A stretch of DNA of 64,000 bases, taken from Ruditapes philippinarum. Its lineage: Eukaryota. How positions within the stretch are numbered: the stretch's first letter is position 1; every line of letters starts with the position of its first letter. The stretch is taken from NCBI RefSeq assembly GCF_026571515.1, contig NW_026858743.1:1-64000 (forward strand), given 5' to 3'. The notes under the pieces were generated by a model that was given only the letters and a program-made list of their open reading frames with translations, searched no databases and was not told the origin of the DNA. The translations under genes were made by a program, and so were the position numbers. Below, one piece after another: positions 37,101 to 50,868 of this stretch.

Positions 37101-38943
37101 TTGAACAGCCTAAATAGTGTCACCCCTATTTTATATAAAGTTCAAGAAAAACTTATTATCTTTTATACTGTTATAAACACTTATTAATTAAACTTGAACT
37201 AATCATTTTATAATCATTTGTTACCAATCAACTGGCAAAGTAGCCATAAGAAAAATTATGTATATAACAGCTAGCCCGTTCACGTTACAAAATTTTGTAT
37301 TTATACAACTGAATAAACTTCCAATATAGAACACATAGAACATGAAAGTTGCAAAAGCTGTGCAATATATGAAATATGTCAAAATTCTAAACAAATTTCG
37401 CCTGTTTAGTTCCACTTTTCAAAAAGGAAAAAAAATAAAAATAAGTGAAGCTATTGCAATGACCCTCTTGACGCATCGCCGTCGGTGTCAGTGATGGCAT
37501 GGGTAAACCTTTTGTTTAGGTCCTTTTTCTCGGAAACTGTAAAAACTAGTATTCACTTCAAACTTACTTTTGTGCACTATATTGTCTTGTCAAGATAAAT
37601 ATATTACAACAGTTTTTGAGTACTGTATATTTATCAATGACAAATCAAATGATCTAAAAGAAATATGGCCAACATTTAATTTACATTACAGGGTCAATGA
37701 TTCTTACAAGACGAAAGGACCTGTATATGAAAACTCTCGTAAATATACATCTTATTTCTAACTAATAAATGATTTCTCTCATTATAAATTTTATGTTCTT
37801 CATATCCATTTTCAACATATTTATTTAAGCTCGATTGCGAAACAAGTTTTTTCACTTATATAAATCATTTTCGAGTCCTCTTCCTGAAACCAACCAGTAA
37901 TGGTGCCATATAAAGAAACGGATCCGTGTAGGGCTCGAAGACATGATCCGCGGATTGTGAAGCTGATTCCTTATCCATTAAGCCACCGCTCCCTTTAAAT
38001 TCCCATTTTGCACAGTCAGTCCTAAATTAAATGACTACCTATCGAGACCATAATATGCTTTTATCACGGAGTTTAAAAAAAAGAAATAATTTATATAAAA
38101 TACTAACAAAATTTATTATTCCAATGTTGTCAGGCTTTGAACTGGAATGTGGAAATTTGGTGAATGCTGGCAGTGCCAGCAAGCATGGAATTGCACAAGG
38201 TATTTCCTGTTGTGTTTCTAGACTTTTAATTGACTTATTCAGATCCTTCTTTACATTTCATTTAAAATATATGTAATTACTAACAATTTCTTTCGTACTT
38301 ATAATAACATAATACGCATTGAATATCATTATGGGTTGAACTTGTTAATATCCATTTAAATATTTTAATGGAAATGTAAATTCATGCTTTTTTGCATAAC
38401 TGATTCTGATGTTCTCATCAAATCTCTTTCATCTAGCCGTTGCATTATATTAAATTTAAAATGTTTTACAAGTCTTTTCATCATACTTGCAATACAAATG
38501 TACGGGTATTGTAAGTTGTCTTTGTTGATGTTGTATTTGTTTTTTTTTTTTTTTTAAAAATAGTAGCATGTATTCAAAGCGTAGCCTGTATATTTCAACC
38601 ATATCTTACAATTCGTTATGTAGTCATTAACTCGTAAAGTTGTGTGTAAGTATTAAAAGAATATCAGTTATATAGAAAGGTTTATTTTTCAGCAACAAAG
38701 AGCGACACTGTATTAAGGTCACCTGACTATGAGGATCTTGGAAGAGTTCAAGGTAATTGTGAATTAATTGTTCAGATTATCGTATTGTAAACACCTTAGT
38801 TATTTAGTGTCAATATATAAACTGTTTATATAAACCTTTTGTCTACATTTAAGTTGTTTCATGACTTTGAAATATTTTTCCTTTCCTTTCGTTTTTTTAC
38901 AGTATCTGAGCATGAATATGGAGAAATTCGTCCAGACACTTGA
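31100..38943 (+). CDS. Receptor copy B, spliced gene (~682 aa): MEGF10/Draper/SREC-like multiple-EGF type-I membrane receptor with cytoplasmic ITAM; exons 31100-31114, 33733-33787, 33945-35585, 36392-36515, 37692-37738, 38134-38199, 38693-38752, 38903-38943
   Basis: All introns GT-AG with compatible phases; total 2049 nt open to TGA; signal peptide, Cys-rich repeats, TM, Tyr-motif tail. Confidence 0.85.
31359..32951 (+). mobile_element. Second HINE copy (family of 29041-29849), split by a nested MITE
   Basis: 31359-31446 and 32629-32951 are reverse complements of the head and repeat units of the 29 kb element. Confidence 0.75.
31447..32628. mobile_element. Non-autonomous TIR element, TAT..ATA termini, 6-bp TSD (IS3EU-like)
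   Basis: TATGTAAGGGTATTAACGCAAAAA ... TTTTTGCGTTAATACCCTTCCATA; ~170-bp inverted arms with 21-bp subrepeats; TSD TATCAC at 31441-31446 and 32629-32634. Confidence 0.75.
33733..33787 (+). CDS. Copy B signal-peptide exon (ILYVWCIWLNVSNNLVEG)
   Basis: tttcag|...GAG|gtaact, 55 nt, phase 0-1, hydrophobic with a V-x-G cleavage-like end. Confidence 0.75.
33945..35585 (+). CDS. Copy B single ectodomain exon: furin-like CxxC and EGF/laminin-EGF-like repeats
   Basis: Within ORF 33923-35731; repeated C..G.YG..C...C...C motifs; acceptor gttatag|, donor CAG|gtaaga; 1641 nt, phase 1-1. Confidence 0.93.
35759..36180. mobile_element. Palindromic non-autonomous element in copy B intron (Crypton-like, tentative)
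   Basis: ATTCTAACACGAC / GTCGTGTTAGAAT inverted pair plus a ~78-bp-arm palindrome (36004-36176) centred on CACTCGGGCTACGCCCTCGTG; ends TTAA; absent from copy A. Confidence 0.6.
36392..36515 (+). CDS. Copy B transmembrane exon
   Basis: 124 nt; DTKSSEHSVNTAAISLGTLLAVSVVVHIIFVVTLILWKYRKR. Confidence 0.9.
37692..37738 (+). CDS. Copy B cytoplasmic micro-exon 1 (VNDSYKTKGPVYENS)
   Basis: 47 nt, ttacag| ... CTC|gtaaat. Confidence 0.85.
38134..38199 (+). CDS. Copy B cytoplasmic micro-exon 2 (RFELECGNLVNAGSASKHGIAQ)
   Basis: 66 nt, tgtcag| ... AG|gtattt. Confidence 0.85.
38693..38752 (+). CDS. Copy B cytoplasmic micro-exon 3 (ATKSDTVLRSPDYEDLGRVQ)
   Basis: 60 nt, tttttcag| ... AG|gtaatt. Confidence 0.88.
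38903..38943 (+). CDS. Copy B last coding exon (VSEHEYGEIRPDT*)
   Basis: tttttacag| then in frame to TGA 38941-38943. Confidence 0.87.
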
Positions 38944-41009
38944 TGTCATTCATGGGCGTGTAACATTACACACACACGAAGATAAATGGTCATCAACAAC
39001 TATGAACTGTATTAAAATAGTCCGACAGAGAACAGAGTAACAATTTCAATTATAAACAAAGGACGACATTATATCAAACACAAAATCATTCTTTATTGTA
39101 AAGTGCTGAATATCTGTCTGATATTTTATGTGTTGAAAACTATTGTAAATACTTTCTTAAAAAGCATTTAAAACATTTTGACTTGCATGTTGATATTTTG
39201 ATGTTCCACGTTTTGAAGGCATAAACAGTTCCATATATAAGGGGATCATATACTTACATAATTTAATACCTTATTTATTTTGCTAAGTTTTATAAGTTTT
39301 GACATACGTTTTGTACAACAGTGTATGTGTTTTTTTTTTTTTTTTTGTAATAACATGAAAAAATATCAGTTTGAACTGTTAGTGTATTTTTTTGTAAATT
39401 CTGATCAACAAATGACACACTTAGTAGGGAAAACCCTGGTCAAATATTGTCAAAAGTAAAAATGTTATAGTTAGTTACTTTTATACATAAATGTTAAATG
39501 ATATTTATAGAGACACATATAACTGGTCGTCTATTGTAAAGTCATTATTAGATAATGCAGGTTTATCATATGCATGTTATATTTATAACCTTAAAATGTA
39601 CATTTATTATTTAAGCAAAGTCTTATTGACCAATTCATCCAGTCCTGGTATCATTATGTTACAACAATCCCGCATATAGACTTTTTAAGACGTCATTTGA
39701 TTACATAAAATTACAATGAAATTAAGCATTGCTTTTGAAAGTAAAGATTGTCGCCTCACCCACTTAGAATAGAAACAAGACGGTATTGTTATAAATATAA
39801 CCAACAGCATTATACTAATTGAATAATGTAAATATATATATATATAGCCTTTAAATATTTCAAGGTATAGTTTGTATGATGTCTTAATAAACTTATTACA
39901 GTATCTACCGTTTTAAATTAAAGTAATATGCACATTTCCCTTGATATATTTCAATAATTTCATGTTACATTTGATTTTATTTTGATCGTGATTTTGTAAG
40001 CCAAATAACATACAAATTCGCCATTAGTTGAACCTCCTTGTTGTCTCTCTTCCTTTTTGTCTTTTATTTGGCTTTTAAATATCATATTTTTCTGTTAAAA
40101 TAGTTGTCTTTAAAATTGTGTCATGTTGACAAGTTTTATTGTATCATCTTATGTATGTGTCTGTGTAGTAAGAAACGACATCATTACGTTACCAAATAAA
40201 ATATTTGAATGTTGAAACTTGGATCTTAAGTTTAGACAAGAGCGCGCATTTGAGTAATACCTCCGACGTTTCGTAAGCTAGTCGGTTAGCTTCCTAACAT
40301 TCCAAAGTCTCCGGTGGGATTTGAACTTACAGCGGTATGGGTGAAAGTGAATTAATGTTAAACAATACCGACAACATATTGTGATACCATAACTATGACT
40401 CGTATAATTGCTGAATATATAGATTAAACACCTTCTATGCTTCATTGTAAGTTTAGATTAGAAACAAATAACTTCCTTAAAAAAAACAGTTTTACATGTT
40501 GTTTATATCACTATATTTAATGTATATGTTTTTTTTTTCTTATAAAATAAAAAAAACTGCTTAATTTCTTGACTTCCCTATCCTAACAAGTGTATTTAAA
40601 ACAAATTTCATAATTACGTCAAGTGTCGCAAAAAGAGTCACTGTCGAGTGTTACCAAGTATTAGCATAAGTGGTCATGAATATTAAAGCCATCGCATTTA
40701 TTTTTTCCATTTAGTCATATTTTTTAAGTAGTTTACATAGAAACAAACTATGTATCGATGTTTTATAATCAGATAACAAAGGGCAAAATATATGCTAATT
40801 TATTTTATTTACTTATTTATTTATTAACAATTAAGTTAGAAATTTGTATATAACAAAGTTAAAATGGCAACTAAGTCAGAAAAATTTACACACATTATCA
40901 CATACATAAGGAGTATTTTGACAAAAAGTTCAAATATATACTATGAAAATACCGAAATACAAAGAAATAATATATAAAAAAATACAATCACGCAAGGTAT
41001 AAAATTTTT

Positions 41010-42110
41010 GTGCATCAAAATGTCTTGGCACCCAATAAAAACAGATGCATGATAATTGGTTCTTCAAAAAAGGTGATGAAATGTAATCCTCTTACTGAAA
41101 GTAAATGATACAACTCTTGAAAATGTTACAGTTCAAAAGTTATTGGGCATTTATGTAGATGATACATTAAACTGGCATTATCAAATTGACTCTGTTTGCA
41201 AAGAACTAAATACAAAAATTGCCCCCTTCAATCATATCATTTTTTACCTTACTGACAAAATAAAAAAGATATATTACAACGCGTACATCCTTCCTGTGCT
41301 TGACTATTGTTGTACGGTATGGGGAAAGGACACATATTCATACATCAATAAAGTAAACTCAATTCAAACAAAAAGCTGCAAAAATTATACTTAATAGACC
41401 GATACGTTCACCAACATTAGATCTTTTTTGATAAACTTAAATGGCTGAAATTCAATTTCAGAGTGAAATACCACACATCAATTATGGTGTATAAATCTTT
41501 AAAAAATCTGGAACCGTTATATCTGAGTAGGTTTTTAGTTTCTCTCACAATGAATAACATAATTTACGCTCAATCGCTCTTAAAGATCTTGTCTGCAAAG
41601 TATACCTCATGCAAATGATTTAAAGGATTCCTTTTCTTATTTCAGTATTGACGTTTGGAATAAATTTACCTATTACTATCAAACAATGTTCGACTTCACA
41701 ATCTTTCACACACAAAAAACACTTTAAAATGTATTTTCTAAGTTTACAGTTAGATACATGATGAAAATTGACCACTTTATATTTTTATTGTTGTAAATGT
41801 TGATATCATCATTTTTTCCGCATTTTTTATCATTACGAGTTTATCTATAATTACTATAATTAATATGAGTGTCAGTCGCATTAATGAATAAAAATATCTA
41901 ACCTTTACATTCAAGAAAATATATATTATTTTTTTGTTTATAAAAAGAAATTTAAATTTTATCTACATTTTTGTCTTTGTTTTTGTTAAATCAGAAGGCC
42001 ATATTGAAAGTAAGTATACTTCTTGCGGTGTAAATTTTGTATGTTACCTTCTATAAATAAAGATTTTATTATTTTTATAATTATTATTATTATTATTATT
42101 ATTATTATTT
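41010..42110 (+). mobile_element. CR1/L2-type LINE 3' remnant (paralog of 5290-6250)
   Basis: ORF 41143-41394 GIYVDDTLNW...ILPVLDYCCTVWG; AATAAA plus (ATT)n tail. Confidence 0.8.
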
Positions 42111-45059
42111 TCATTAAGGCATGGGGAACGGGCCCTTATAAGGAAATTGACGTCACGCGTACTACTGCGCGAAACAACAGAAATATTATTCCTGTGACAA
42201 TTATCATTTTAGCGCAGTTCAAGACCATACAATTTTATGAAATTTACAGAAACATAAATTAACACGTAGACCACAAAAAGTTTTTTTTTAAATAGTCAGG
42301 CTTATAAATTAACTGACTAGTACAAATTTTCAATAATACAATGAAAGACCATCAGTTTGTTTGAAAAAAAAAGGTTCAATGTTACAAGGAACTAGTTCTT
42401 CCGGTCACAGACATGTCTGTCAATAAAAAATAACTCTGAAACACGACTAGAAAATATATCGCTTAATTTAAAAAAAACAAATTGCAATTATGAACCATAT
42501 TTTTCAAGAATCAGAAATGTGATAAGTTTTACATCACATTACTCTCTGAGCAAAAACTTGGACTTGGCTCTAGACCACAAATTCCCGTGTACATCCTGCA
42601 AATTAATTCAAGCAAATGATGGGCCGGAAGTACGGGGGGTTATAAAAAGCAAGTTCTTTTGGAACTCCAGAAAACTCTGTTTGGAATTTAGAAAAATTAA
42701 CTTGTTTTAACATCAATGAAAAACAGCCCTTAGCAGGAGTTATATCAAATTTTGGCACAGCCCAAAAATGAAATAAGAGGGGAAAAAGGAAATGTTATCC
42801 AACAAACGGGAAAATCAAGACGCCCTCAAACCCTCTGAATTTTTCGTTTTTTTGCCCCCAAAATGATTTTAGATGGTTTTATCATTCAACCGTAAGGCTG
42901 TTGGGGCTTATGGTTTGCCATTAAAAAAAAAAATTATAAATTAGCTGAATTTTCAGTGAAAAAAAAGCTTGCCCCGATTTGTCATATATGAAACCAGGGA
43001 TTCGAGGAAAGTTGGTTAGCCATTCCGATTGTATGGCAACAGTGTCATACATGCAGCCACATCATCTTTGAACCAAAGCTAGATGCAGCGCCATTTTTTA
43101 AAATCTGCGATTAAAAAAAACTTTCTCAACACAGGAACGTGACGGATTCAACAGAACAATGTTATCTACCTTTTCTAGAGAAATAAATTTGGCAGGAAAA
43201 TTTGCTAGCTGTCTTGCCTCAGAAACAATTCATTGTAGGGTTCAGGTTTTCATCTTGCTAGATGTACAAGTTAGTACAGTACACTGAAGAATACAAACAA
43301 GAAGTATCTTTAAAAAGATATTCGGACGAGATAAAATTGCTTTTATGTTAATTCGGAGTTTTGACATAGCTTTTAATTTTTAAGATCTAGTAAACACTGG
43401 AAGATATGATGACGTGATTCTGTAAGAGTGTACCTTACATTTACAAGTACCCATGTAAACATTAAATCATACTTTGTTAATGTGCAAAAATATATCGAAA
43501 CCGTGAAATTTATATACATTTGACACATCAATAATCATGATTATAAGAGGCATGACATAAAACTACGATTTACAAAAGCTTTTTTCATTTGGGGCTTTGG
43601 GATCTAATGCTTTCGGGATGTGATGTTTTTTTTAGTCTCGTTGGGGTTTTACAAAAGCCCTTTAACTCAGTCGATAAAATTCTTATTTGAATAAGTTATT
43701 TCCCAGAAATTTAAAAAAACTCTGAAAACTTTATTTGAAAAGGGATTAAAGTTTCAGAAGGGAAAATAAAGAAGAAAAATATTTTCGGTTATGCCAGGGT
43801 CCCTACGTACGCAAATTACCTTGCTTGCTCAGAAAATTTTCCAAAAATACCTAACCCTGTAAGACACGTGGCTAAACAATTTTTGTCTGCACTTTTATAA
43901 CCTCATTATACCTTATTCAATAAAATATCTAAAAGGGTTTAAAAAAGTCGTTCTGAAATAAACTTTAAATCTAATATAAATATCTAAAAATACAATAAAA
44001 TGTTGCAGACTCGGTTTGATTCAGACTGTTCATGGACGGTAGTTGTAACTGCAAACTACCCCCACCGCCACCGGCTTCAACAGAATTCAACATTTAAATT
44101 TAAATAAAACCGCGCGAAAGGATTGCGGAAAATCGCGGGACTTTCATTTCATACACAAGAAATTAATGTGCACAAAAATACCTTAATAAAATGATGTTTT
44201 CCTCACGTCGTTGTGTGATTATATACACATATGGTATATCTCCGTAAAAACATTAACAACAACAATATTTTAAGCATGATTAATAGTTTCACTGAGGCAT
44301 GGGAAACAGGCCCATGTAAAGAAAATGACGTCACACGTACTACTGCGCTAAATGCAAAACAAGAGAAGTTACATATTATTTTTATTATGTTAGCACAGTT
44401 ATTGTTTTTAAATTAAAAAATATCTTTTACAAAACAGGATAAACTATACATTTTATGACATTTACGGAATCATAAAATAATACGTAGGCCACAAAAAAAG
44501 TTCCACAAAGTTTTGTTTACAACGACATCAGTGATATACTCTGAGTGATATGGGTTTTATCTCCAGATTTAAAACTCATACTTTCACTTATAAGCATAAA
44601 CTATTACAATTAAAACTACAACGCAAAATATTGACAAAATAAAATATCACTATATGTATACTTCGTGACTTATGCAGTAGGGAATATTTTGCCTCTTTTG
44701 ACATCGGTTTGGTTATTTATGTGGATTGTATGCAATGGTGTAAATTACTCCTTAAACAATTCACAATATATTTTCTAAAATTCATTTTTCCAAATTGTTA
44801 TTGAAGAATAAGTATGGATCTTAAGGCATGCTACTTACATTAGGTTTAATAATATAATTTTAAGGAAATTTTGTTTTCCAAATTAATTTTGTTACCAAGC
44901 AAGACGGGAATTCAACAACTTCAAGCGTCTTACGCCCACATCTATACTACACTTAACAATTTTGAATTGTCTTTCAATTATATACCCTTTTTTGTAGTGT
45001 CCGTGATAAACATCTGTGTGATATCTTCCTTGTTCTATTTTAATTAAAGTGTAAATCTT

Positions 45060-45190
45060 CTACTGCAGCAGTAGTAAAAGTAGAAGAAATAGCAGCAGTA
45101 GCAGTAGTAATACGGTAATAGAAATAGTAGTAGAAGTAGAAGTACTAGTAGAAGTAGTAGTAGTAGAAGTATTAGTAGTAGAAGTAGCAT
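45060..45190. repeat. (GTA/GCA/GAA)n microsatellite
   Basis: Seen directly. Confidence 0.85.
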
Positions 45191-47182
45191 GTTTCTTAGT
45201 CTTAGTTTCATAGCAGTTTGAACATTTAACGGGAGGTTTTTCAATGGAAAAGCCAATTTTTTGCAATATGCTCATACGGTAAACGGTTAACAAACCCATT
45301 TTATAAGCATGTACTAGCCTCTTTTTGAGGTTTAATATTCTCATGTTAACAATAATAGTGTTCGGCGCGGTATGGCCAGTTTTGTGTCTATTTGCTGTTA
45401 AAATCCAATAAAACAAACAACAAACAATCGTACATGTCGTATATAAAAATGAATCAGTCAATTAGTCTTATGTTGGTTGTTTATGAGAGCATCTGCCGGA
45501 AATCATTCATTGTGATATCTTTGACAAAATAACACATACAATTTCAAACTTTCTAAAAGAATTTACAAGAGAAATTAATTGTTGGAATATAATTGGAAGC
45601 GTACGTTTTCGCTTGTTTCACGTCATCATTTATTCTTTCTAATTCCACATGAACATACATTAAGCTTCGTTTCGAAAATGCTGTTCACTAGAACTTTGTT
45701 GATCTGCCGTAAAACCATTCCACCTGGCGATATATTTTATTATAAGTGAAGTATTTCATTGCATCATGACAGGCTAAAATCAACTACGTTTGACGGAAAA
45801 TAAGTAATAAAGTAAAACACTTTCTTTGTGTTATTCTGGATGATAAAATCATATGAATGGATATGGATTATATTGTTTAATTCTTATATTGTTTTTCAAA
45901 ACATATCATTCACAAGTTCAATTGATAAAAGTATGGCAAATATTTATTATATGTTCATTTTTATGCCATGCTTAATAAAATGTATATTAAATTGCTATAC
46001 AAAATGTTAACATTATGTTATGAATTTTCCCTTACCTCACTGAATCATTCATTGTGATATAATCGATAAGATAACACGATTTCACACATTTTCTAAACAA
46101 ATTAACCACATAAATTAATTATTCGAATTTAATTCGAAATTAAAGTGTACATTTTTCATTGTTTTACGGTATCGTTTTATACTGTCTTATACTTCATGAA
46201 CATATATTAAGCTTTATCTTGAATACGTTTTTCACTACAAATTTGTTGGTATGCCGTAAAATCAAACCAAACGATGAAGCATCTTTGATAGTTTCCTAGC
46301 AGTTTGAATATTTAACAGGAGGTCTTTCAATGAAAACGCCATTTTTCACAATATGCTCATGCAGTAAAGGGTTAGCAAACCAATTTTATAAGCTATATCA
46401 ACCTCTTTTTGAGGTTTAATATTCTGCTTCCAGAATAAAAGATGATTTTCCGAGTGTCCCTGTTTGTGGCCCGATTTAGAGTTTTTTCTTTAAAAAGAAA
46501 ACACATTAAAATACTGCTTTTCGGGCAAAATATGACAAAAAAAGAAAGCAATATCAGTCATATATTTTTTTTCAACAATTTTTGTTCATACGTCTGAACA
46601 AAAAATAAGAATAGTGTAAACAATAACAAATAAATTAGCAGTTTCAAACTTGTTAATACGTATAAATCTTCTTGTTTGAAGTGTCAGTTATATACATATG
46701 TGTGATATCTTCCTAGTTCTATTTAGTTTATTCCAATTTATATACACATCATCCATGACATGCTATGATAAAGAGAAATACTTGGAAAAATAAATTAGAT
46801 TTTCCAACTCAGGTTTCCTTAAAATGATTTGTCTTTGTACTTAATATACGATTTAGAGAGTGTTTTGTCAGAGGTTCAAGGTTACCAGAACACGTTTATC
46901 GTCGCTGTTTGTACTTAAAATTTATGCTGTAAGAGTGAGTCATTTCTACCCATATCTTTTAACTATGGGAAACGGTCATCATTGGGTTGAACAATTGTGA
47001 TATTTTAGTGCTGTAACAAATAGTTTTTGCTCACATTCAACTGATGTTTAAAAACTGCACAGTTTTGATTGGACAGTTTACAATTAACAGTTTTGAAGCG
47101 CCTGTCGTATAATTAGAAAAAAATGGCATAACGTTTCTACCATTACGTCATTTGACCAATATGTTGGAAATGTCATGTCACG

Positions 47183-47412
47183 GAGGCGCGCAATGACAAA
47201 ACCAACATAGTGCGTTTGCGGCCAGCATGGATCTAGAGCAACCTGCGCATCCGCACAGTCTGATCAGTAACCATGCTGTTCGCTTACAAACCCTATTACG
47301 AGTAGAGAAACTGATAGCGAACATCATGGATCCTGATCAGACTGTCCGGATGTGCAGGCTGGTCTGGATACACGCTGTTCTCAAAATCACTATGTTGGTT
47401 TTGTCATGGGAT
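47183..47412. mobile_element. Fold-back MITE (~225 bp)
   Basis: ATGACAAAACCAACATAGTG (47193) / CACTATGTTGGTTTTGTCAT (47388-47407); inverted symmetry continues internally. Confidence 0.8.
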
Positions 47413-49849
47413 TTGTTCTTTACAACCGTGACAACAAAAGCCACCATGTCGATTACAAACATCGTATAAACAGTTTAAAGAACTTGTTGAACCAAATATA
47501 TCCGGAATACATGATGTATGACTTTTCTGAAAACTCTTTGGTCCCGTCAAGATAAATACTGTCATAACACGACTTGCAGATATCAGCATCACTGTCATAT
47601 ATTTCGGACATGAATGAACAAATTTACGAGTACATGTAATGCGAGCGCTTCCATATCTATCAATACGCTCATCATTACAATTATCTCCAGGAAAGAAATC
47701 AATTAGGTCCACATTTGTTACAGCATACGCAGTCAATTAAACGGCGCCCGCCCATTTACCATCTGAAAATGTAACAATATATTTCTTTTTTTTTATAAAT
47801 TATAATGTTTTTTAAATGTTCAAAGTCTCGTATTAAAATATATATTCATAGGCACATTAAATTTGAATGACTAATGATATTAAGCAAAACAATAAATAAC
47901 TTATGGTGATCAATATAGTTTTAATAGTTTACAAAAAATTCCCTGATGCTGTTTTTACGATAATATAAACGCAATGCTAACATTTAAGATATACAATATA
48001 TATTCCATATACGTTAACATGCTTATAATTTAAAGGGACACTTAAAGGAACATTTTTTTTTGCGTATGAAATGCAAAACAATTGACTTTTTTCCAAAATA
48101 ATTTACAAAATGATATGGCATGTTATGCATATAAATGATATTGTTAATACTTTTAAGCTAATGTACATGTGTATTTTCAGAGCAGAATAATGTTGAGATG
48201 GGAATGTATACTATTCAAGCAAACCGAATAGACATAAACAGAGAAAGCCACAAAGTTACCAATAATAGAACAGTATGTGGATTTTTACAAGGGTTCCGTG
48301 CGCCTAGGTTTACATGAACGTTTACTGTATGCTTACTTCAATTTTATTGCTTTTACCGAGCGTTCAGGCCGCCATTTTATGAGCCCATTGTACGATTTTG
48401 TTCATTTGAACATGTGGACATGTGCATAACATGATTTACGGTGTACAATACGAGACATACGTTGACAAAAACATGTAACATTAACCAAGCCAAAACAAAG
48501 AAATCCCTTTATAATACTTTTCGAATGAAGTATTTGGACCTCATGGGTTGACAATCATAAAAATGATAAAAATATGCGCTGTTGATATACTGTATAGGGA
48601 ATTCGTGGAATGGATAAAATATGTTCTAGGAATTCGTTTGAGACGAATATTATTCAAATTAAAATATGTATAATATAAAAAGATTATTATTAATCAGAAA
48701 AAAAATTGGAAGAATAATAAATTAGATAGATTTATAACTTCAAACGTAAACCACCCAGTACAATAACCCTTCTCTAGGAAACATTGTAGTAAACAGGATT
48801 AGATGTGATGTTCTCTGAACGTGCAATTCGAGAATCAAAATTAAGATGTTTTCGATGTTTCTTATGCAAAATGCATGGTAACAACAGATTATAAATTTAT
48901 ATAAACATAGTTACGCATATAGCAATCCAGTGTTTTACATATATATGTAAGTTTGCCAATATTTATAGTTCATAGTCAGAAGATTTGCAACATTGAAAAA
49001 GCGTTCTTTTTTGCACGCGCTGTTTGGCGCTGCATTGTGATGTAACAATAGCAACCCTTCAAACGTCTGTACAGCGTTAAGCACTGAATTAAAGATATTG
49101 GTATTCTAGTTAATTTTCTTAGTTACACTATGATTTTCTGTCACAGTAAATAGTTTTCAGAGCAAAAGTCAACAAAAAGTTTGTTTGTTTGTTTTGTTTT
49201 TGTTCTTTTTTTTATTTAACAGATATGTCGGTTTGCAAATACAGGGGGAGGAAATATGAACGCTAATTATATTCGCTGTGAAATATATCACCCTTCCTTC
49301 CTTCTTTGTTAATGTAAATAAATCAAATGTACATGTATATTCAAAAGCATGTCGGATATTATTGTCATATAGAATTATTCTCTATAATTAAAGTGTATTA
49401 TCATGATTTCCTATAATTTTTCTTGTATTACTTTTAAAATTACATATCTAATACTGACACTCTGGCTCGCTTGCTAGGCTACCGCATCCTTTCGAATACC
49501 GTTCTGTTTTCTGAGAAAAAAAAGATTTATAGGCACATTCACATTGAATAACTCATGATATTTATCGAAACGATAGATAAAAAATGGTGATATATATAAA
49601 TTTAAAAGTTTACAAAAAGACCATATGTGCTGTATTTTTTATATTTTTATTTGTTTCGTGTCTTTCAAGTTATCTAAACAAATATTTGCAAGTTGGTCAA
49701 TAAAAAGGGCATGCAACAAGGAATGTCAATATGCAATCTTTCAGAGATACATCACATTAATCCGTTTTAAATTTAACTATGCAAATTGACATTTTGAGTT
49801 TACATTACATACAACAGCCTGTAAATATTTGTCATCCAGACCACTTGAA

Positions 49850-50350
49850 ACCCGTACATTCCCGAACTAACGAATATTACAATTCTTTTTACCCGTGATT
49901 GGAATAATAATCAACAGACGGAAGAGAAATTCACCTACTGTTAAAGCTTTTAAAAGTAAAGTTATGCCAATCCGTGACAGTACGCCCACGTATTTTAAAA
50001 TCGGATCACTAATGGTACAGGATGTACATGTTAGGCTTCGCATGAATCGTAGCAAACTAGATTATCACCTTTTCATTCGTAATATAGTCCAATCGCCCCT
50101 CTGTCACTGTGGAAACATGAAAACAATTATCATTATCTTCTCCAATGTCATTTTTATAGTTGCCACGTATATGCCTTCTCACAAAGGTGCGTCGATTAAC
50201 TCAAGTTGCCTCCTGTCTCCATACTCTGCTGTTTGGGGATGCTTCTCTATCTCAATCTGATAACAAGGACTTATCATTGGCTGTCCATAAATACATAATG
50301 GATAGTGGAAGGTTTACCTGGCAATTAAATATCGCATAGTATGTTCTACG
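49850..50350 (+). mobile_element. CR1-type LINE 3' remnant
   Basis: HVRLRMNRSKLDYHLFIRNIVQSPLCHCG C-terminal motif. Confidence 0.65.
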
Positions 50351-50653
50351 ATTTAACTAAAACATTGATACACACTAAAACAATAATTTATAGTTAATTA
50401 CTGTCTATGTGTTTAAACATATGTTTTCAAAACTCCAGTCGTTGGTGTCATCTTATTCTCATGTCTTCTCTTTTTCTTTCTTGTAGTTTTCTTTTCTATT
50501 AAAATATTATTCATAAATATTTATCATTTACCAATATTTTAAGCGCCTTATTACAAAACCTAGATTTGTGATTTATTTTTCAAAATATTTGATATACAAT
50601 CAATAGATTCGGTTGTGGTACACATTTGTAATATGCTCTTTACTTGTTCATCT

Positions 50654-50868
50654 TTACCGCCTCCGTGGTCGAGGGGATAGAGTCGATGACTTCTAATCCA
50701 GTTACCTCTCTGGCGTGGGTTCGATCCCGGGAGATGCTTTGGTAGTTTAGCACGGATGAAGGTAGTCTAGTACTGTTGTTACTCTCCAGGAACAATGGTT
50801 AGGGAACTATCCGCCTATATGACTGAAATACGTTTGGGAAAAGGCGTAAAATGAAACAAACAAACAAA
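50654..50868 (+). mobile_element. Near full-length tRNA-derived SINE with 12-bp TSD
   Basis: A-box GTGGTCGAGGGG, B-box GGTTCGATCCC, (AAAC)n tail, TSD ACTTGTTCATCT at 50642-50653 and 50869-50880. Confidence 0.88.
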
